Below, piece after piece: positions 16,368-20,197 of a stretch of DNA of 20,197 nt; position 1 is the stretch's first letter, and the number at the start of each line of letters is the position of its first letter. Source of the DNA: Elusimicrobiota bacterium (GTDB lineage: Bacteria; Elusimicrobiota; UBA8919); NCBI GenBank assembly GCA_043816185.1, contig JBDRIG010000030.1, positions 1-20,197 of the forward strand. The letters run 5' to 3'. Position numbers and translations under genes: made by a program. The notes below the pieces were generated by a model, which did no database searches, was not told where the DNA came from, and saw only the letters and a program-made list of their open reading frames with translations.

Positions 16368-17486
16368 ATGATTTTGAAAACGCCTTACTATCTGATTGAC
16401 GAAAAAAAATTATTAAAAAATCTGGAAAAAATAGAATATATCAAAGGCAAATCAAATGCACTCGTTGTATTAGCATTAAAATGTTTTTCCACATGGAGTG
16501 TTTTTAATCTAATGAGAAAATACATGGATGGAACAACAAGCAGTTCTTTATATGAAGCGCGTCTTGGACGAGAAAAATTTGGGAAAGAAGTTCATGCCTA
16601 CTGTGTAGCTTTTTCTAAAGATGATATAAAAGAAGTTAAGAAATACGCAGATAAAATCATTTTTAATTCTATATCGCAATTAAAAATGTTTTATAAAGAT
16701 GTTCGTAATCTTGCAATAGGGCTTAGGGTAAATCCGAGTATCAGTTATTCTCATTTTGATTTAGCAGACCCTGCACGACGATATTCGCGACTTGGCGTTG
16801 TAGATACAAAATCTTTATTATCGGTTATTTCTTTGATTAGTGGTGTTATGTTTCATTTCAATTGCGAAAATGATGATTTTGAAAATTTTTCTTCTACGCT
16901 GGATTTTATCAGCAATAGATACAGTGGTTTGCTTGAAAAACTTGAATGGGTTTCTTTGGGTGGTGGGATTTATTTTACAAAGGATAATTATTCGTTAGAA
17001 AAATTTTGCAAAAAAATAAAAGAGTTTGGCGAACGATTTCAAATTCAAGTTTATTTAGAGCCCGGAGAAAGTGTTATTACGCAGTCAGCAGAATTAGTAA
17101 CAAAAGTATTGGACATTGTTAATAATGAAATTGATATCGCCATAGTTGATACTTCGACGGAAGCGCATATGTTGGATTTATTGATTTACAAAACACCTGC
17201 TAAAATAAAAGATGCGGCTGTTGTTAGTTCTGATAGTTTAGATCGGTTTAAATATATGGTTGCTGGTCGGTCGTGTCTTGCTGGAGATGTGTTTGGAATA
17301 TATCAATTTAAAACTCGTCTTAAAGTTGATAGCACAATTCATATTTCGGATGCAGCAGGATATTCAATGGTGAAAAAAAATTGGTTTAATGGTTTACAAA
17401 TGCCCTCTATCGTCATAAAAAGATTAAATGGAACATTAGATATTGTTCGTCGTTTTGATTATAAAGATTTCAAAAATAATTTATGA
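16368..17486 (+). CDS. nspC: Carboxy(nor)spermidine decarboxylase
   Basis: TPYY.IDE, LALKCFS (PLP Lys), GTTSSSLYEA, LRVNP, SRLG, LGGG, LEPGE, CLAGD and Y.MVKKNWFNG motifs. Confidence 0.93.
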   Translation: MILKTPYYLIDEKKLLKNLEKIEYIKGKSNALVVLALKCFSTWSVFNLMRKYMDGTTSSSLYEARLGREKFGKEVHAYCVAFSKDDIKEVKKYADKIIFNSISQLKMFYKDVRNLAIGLRVNPSISYSHFDLADPARRYSRLGVVDTKSLLSVISLISGVMFHFNCENDDFENFSSTLDFISNRYSGLLEKLEWVSLGGGIYFTKDNYSLEKFCKKIKEFGERFQIQVYLEPGESVITQSAELVTKVLDIVNNEIDIAIVDTSTEAHMLDLLIYKTPAKIKDAAVVSSDSLDRFKYMVAGRSCLAGDVFGIYQFKTRLKVDSTIHISDAAGYSMVKKNWFNGLQMPSIVIKRLNGTLDIVRRFDYKDFKNNL

Positions 17487-17551
17487 TATGCAGATTGTAA
17501 TTGGTAATCGATAGTGTGAAATTTGTAACTTGTTAAGGGAGGTTTTTTCTT

Positions 17552-18778
17552 ATGAGAAAAAATGTTTTAATAATTGGTGCGGGTAGTGTTAGTCATGTAG
17601 CGGCACACAAGTGTGCTCAAAACAATGATATACTTGGCGATATTTGTATTGCATCCAGAACCAAATCGAAATGTAACGATATTATTGAAAGTATTGAACG
17701 AAAAAATACACTTAAGGACAAAACGAAAAAAATTTATTCAAGACAACTCGATGCTTTAAATGTTCTATCAACCGTGAAACTTATAAAAGAAACTAACTCG
17801 TCTATTGTGATAAATCTCGGAACCTCTTTTATCAATATGTCTGTTCTTGAGGCGTGTCTTATAACAGGTGCTGTCTATATGGATACAGCAATTCACGAAG
17901 AACAAGATAGGGTTTGCGAGGATCCACCATGGTATGCCAATTACGAATGGAAAAGAAAAGACCGATGTAAACAAAATGGTGTGACAGCCATACTTGGTGT
18001 TGGATTTGACCCTGGTGTTATCAATGCCTATTGCTCATTGGCAGTAAAATATCACTTTGATAAAATTGACACGATAGACATAATGGATGTCAACGCAGGT
18101 AATCACGGGAAATATTTTGCGACCAATTTTGATCCAGAAATAAATTTTCGTGAATTCAAAAAGGTATGGACATGGATTGATAAACATTGGGTTATGGAGG
18201 AAGTTCACAAGGTAAAAAGGGTATATAATTTTCCCGTTGTTGGTATGCAAACTATTTATTTAACTGGTCACGATGAATTGCATTCTCTCTCAAAAAATAT
18301 AAACGCAAATAGCATCCAATTCTGGATGGGATTTTCCGATCACTACATAAATTGTTTCACAGTGCTTAAAAATATTGGATTGCTTTCAGAAAAACCTGTA
18401 AGATGTGCTGATGGGGTTGAGGTGGTACCGTTGAAAGTTGTAAAAGCATGTCTTCCAGATCCAAAATCATTGGCACCTAATTACACAGGTAAAACATGTA
18501 TTGGATCTTTAATAAGAGGAGCGAAAAACGAGATGCAAAAGGAGATTTTTATCTACAACGTTTGCGATCACAAAGATTGTTACAATGAAATAGAATCTCA
18601 AGCGATTAGTTATACTGCGGGAGTGCCACCAGCGGCAGCGGCCATACTTGTATCAAAGGGTATTTGGGATGTAAAAACTATGGTAAATGTCGAAGAATTG
18701 AATCCAGATCCTTTTATTGAATTACTAAATAAAATGGGTTTGTCAACAGAAATAATGCAAACCGATCTACTAATCTAA
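17552..18778 (+). CDS. Carboxy(nor)spermidine dehydrogenase (saccharopine dehydrogenase family)
   Basis: IIGAG..., GVGFDPG, FATNFDPEINFRE, HDELHSL, LPDP.SL and SQAISYTAGVP motifs; adjacent to nspC. Confidence 0.92.
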   Translation: MRKNVLIIGAGSVSHVAAHKCAQNNDILGDICIASRTKSKCNDIIESIERKNTLKDKTKKIYSRQLDALNVLSTVKLIKETNSSIVINLGTSFINMSVLEACLITGAVYMDTAIHEEQDRVCEDPPWYANYEWKRKDRCKQNGVTAILGVGFDPGVINAYCSLAVKYHFDKIDTIDIMDVNAGNHGKYFATNFDPEINFREFKKVWTWIDKHWVMEEVHKVKRVYNFPVVGMQTIYLTGHDELHSLSKNINANSIQFWMGFSDHYINCFTVLKNIGLLSEKPVRCADGVEVVPLKVVKACLPDPKSLAPNYTGKTCIGSLIRGAKNEMQKEIFIYNVCDHKDCYNEIESQAISYTAGVPPAAAAILVSKGIWDVKTMVNVEELNPDPFIELLNKMGLSTEIMQTDLLI

Positions 18779-18789
18779 ATTTTGATAGG

Positions 18790-18848
18790 ATTAAACAACT
18801 TCGTCGTAGAAATAAGTGGCTTCGTTGAAAAATTAAATAACTTCGTCG
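18790..18848. repeat. 21-bp-period triple repeat (CTTCGT(C/T)G core)
   Basis: Cores at 18799, 18820 and 18841; ATTAAA(C/T)AACTTCGTCG at 18790 and 18832. Confidence 0.65.
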
Positions 18849-18942
18849 GAAGAAAGTAAGAAAACAAATTGATAAAATAAATGTAAAACGGTAGGTGAAA
18901 AACTAACAACTAAAATTTATCTTCCCCCCACAACCACCCCAC

Positions 18943-18982
18943 CAACTTCAACTTCAACTTCAACTTCAACTTCAACTTCAAC
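18943..18982. repeat. (CAACTT)6+ hexanucleotide microsatellite
   Basis: Six perfect CAACTT units plus CAAC. Confidence 0.95.
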
Positions 18983-19070
18983 CACTCACATTTTATGTCA
19001 GCCAACGTCAGTCATCTATCCGCTACTCAATCCATATAATCATTTGTTGTATCGAGAACCGATTGTTATT

Positions 19071-19140
19071 TTGTAACTTGTGAATCGTGGTTTGTAAATC
19101 GTGGCTCGCAGTTTGTATCTCGTGAATTGTTTCTCGCCTC
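19071..19140. repeat. Ten degenerate heptamer units, T(T/C)G(T/C)NNN
   Basis: ttgtaac ttgtgaa tcgtggt ttgtaaa tcgtggc tcgcagt ttgtatc tcgtgaa ttgtttc tcgcctc. Confidence 0.75.
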
Positions 19141-19156
19141 TCCGTTTTCCACCATT

Positions 19157-20011
19157 CTATTTCTCTGCTTCTTGTCTCTCTGTAATGGGATTCATGCTTC
19201 CTGTTCTATATCCCTGAAGGTCTAAAGATACATAGCGATAACCAATTTCATTAAATTTTTTAACTATTTTCTTCCGTGAATTTATAGAAGTTAGACAATT
19301 TATATCTTCTGGAGAAACTTCTATTCGGGCAATTCGAGCAATATTATTCCCTCGACCTTGATTAGGACAAGCATGATGTCTTACTCGAACCTGTTTGATT
19401 CCTAAACTATGCAAATATTCTTCAGCTTCGTTTATCATTTTCAATTTTGGTAAAGTAATTTTATCTCCATAAGGAAAACGAGAAGCAAGACAAGCAAAAA
19501 CTGGTTTATCCCACGTAGATAAATGCATTTTGCGAGAAAATAAACGAATTTCTTTTTTCGTTAATCCAGCTTCTCTTAAAGGACTTCTCACTCCCAGTTC
19601 CTTTATTGCATTCATTCCTGGACGAAAATCTTTAAGATCATCGCAATTCGTTCCATCGACAATATAATTTATATCTTTCTCCCGAGCTATTTGTTTAAGT
19701 TTAGTAAACAATTCTTTTTTACAATAATAACATCTGTTTACTGGATTAGCGAGAAAACGCGAATTTGATAATTCTTTGGTATTGATAATCAAGTGTTTGG
19801 TTTTTAATTTTTGAGCTATTTTTTTTGCTTGCTCATATTCTCTTTTTGGATAAGTTTCAGATTTTGCAGTAACAGCTAAAACATTATCACCGATAGTGTC
19901 CTTTGCTACTTTGAGTAAAAAAGTCGAATCCACTCCACCTGAATAAGCTACTAATATACTTCCCATTTCTTGCAAAATATTTTTTAATTTATTTAATTTT
20001 GACTTCGACAT
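19157..20011 (-). CDS. larE: ATP-dependent sulfur transferase LarE (TIGR00268-like)
   Basis: PP-loop AYSGGVDS, RCYYCK, DGTN.DD..D.RPG, ACLASRFPYG and DLQGYRTGSMN motifs. Confidence 0.92.
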   Translation of the reverse strand: MSKSKLNKLKNILQEMGSILVAYSGGVDSTFLLKVAKDTIGDNVLAVTAKSETYPKREYEQAKKIAQKLKTKHLIINTKELSNSRFLANPVNRCYYCKKELFTKLKQIAREKDINYIVDGTNCDDLKDFRPGMNAIKELGVRSPLREAGLTKKEIRLFSRKMHLSTWDKPVFACLASRFPYGDKITLPKLKMINEAEEYLHSLGIKQVRVRHHACPNQGRGNNIARIARIEVSPEDINCLTSINSRKKIVKKFNEIGYRYVSLDLQGYRTGSMNPITERQEAEK

Positions 20012-20012
20012 A

Positions 20013-20038
20013 TTTAGCCACCGTCTTTAGCCACCGTC
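20013..20038. repeat. 13-bp perfect tandem duplication directly upstream of larE
   Basis: TTTAGCCACCGTC x2. Confidence 0.85.
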
Positions 20039-20058
20039 AACCATAATTTCATTATCTT

Positions 20059-20197
20059 GAGACCGTTGAAAAACCCCTAAAAGTTCTTGGGCATAATTAC
20101 CGTCGGGATTACCGATGAGAAAATATTTGACTTTTCACTCCGGAATTGGTATAATTTTACCGATGGCAAATCCAAAATTCCGGAGGCGAAAATGTAT
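20059..20197 (+). mobile_element. Probable left end of an IS (IS5/IS1182-like), truncated by the window edge
   Basis: GAGACCGTTGAAAAACCC terminus-like sequence, followed by an inward promoter, GGAGG (20182-20186) and ATG (20192). Confidence 0.45.
20127..20155 (+). promoter_or_regulatory. Sigma70 promoter for the ORF starting at 20192
   Basis: TTGACT (20127-20132), 17 bp, TGnTATAAT (-10 at 20150-20155). Confidence 0.7.

Noticed and set aside
592..18250. Antisense or alternate-frame ORFs (e.g. 592-903, 1681-1974, 6869-7309, 9736-10104, 15098-15613, 17768-17974)
   Set aside because: Shadows of well-supported genes, with no independent motifs.
16368..18778. nspC plus dehydrogenase as a novel system
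   Set aside because: This is the established carboxyspermidine route of spermidine synthesis.
18790..19140. Possible CRISPR array
   Set aside because: Units are 6-21 bp with no unique spacers, and there are no cas genes.

Overview
AT-rich bacterial chromosomal region of mostly housekeeping genes. Minus strand: ybgC-like thioesterase, mazG, stand-alone LigD phosphoesterase, typA, an MNT-HEPN toxin-antitoxin pair, comM-yraN-rnhB-rplS-trmD-khpA-rpsP (no rimM), rpe, a PASTA protein, htpX, aconitase and larE. Plus strand: a lipoprotein-like AmmeMemoRadiSam B/A fusion, a 53-aa basic ORF missing from the ORF track, and nspC plus carboxy(nor)spermidine dehydrogenase. Probable IS ends lie at both window edges. 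The most striking structure is the ~1.14 kb MNT-HEPN cassette. It is bracketed by a near-perfect 74-bp direct repeat made of the comM 3' end plus the TA promoter, with no integrase. The distal copy has a deleted -10/operator and is followed by a relic of an antitoxin-like start, which suggests cassette turnover at the comM 3' end. Intergenic DNA is crowded with nested MITE/REP-like elements and 6-, 7-, 12- and 21-bp periodic repeats. Several enzymes appear to carry short in-frame insertions that look repeat-derived. All family assignments come from motif recognition by eye; no database searches were run.
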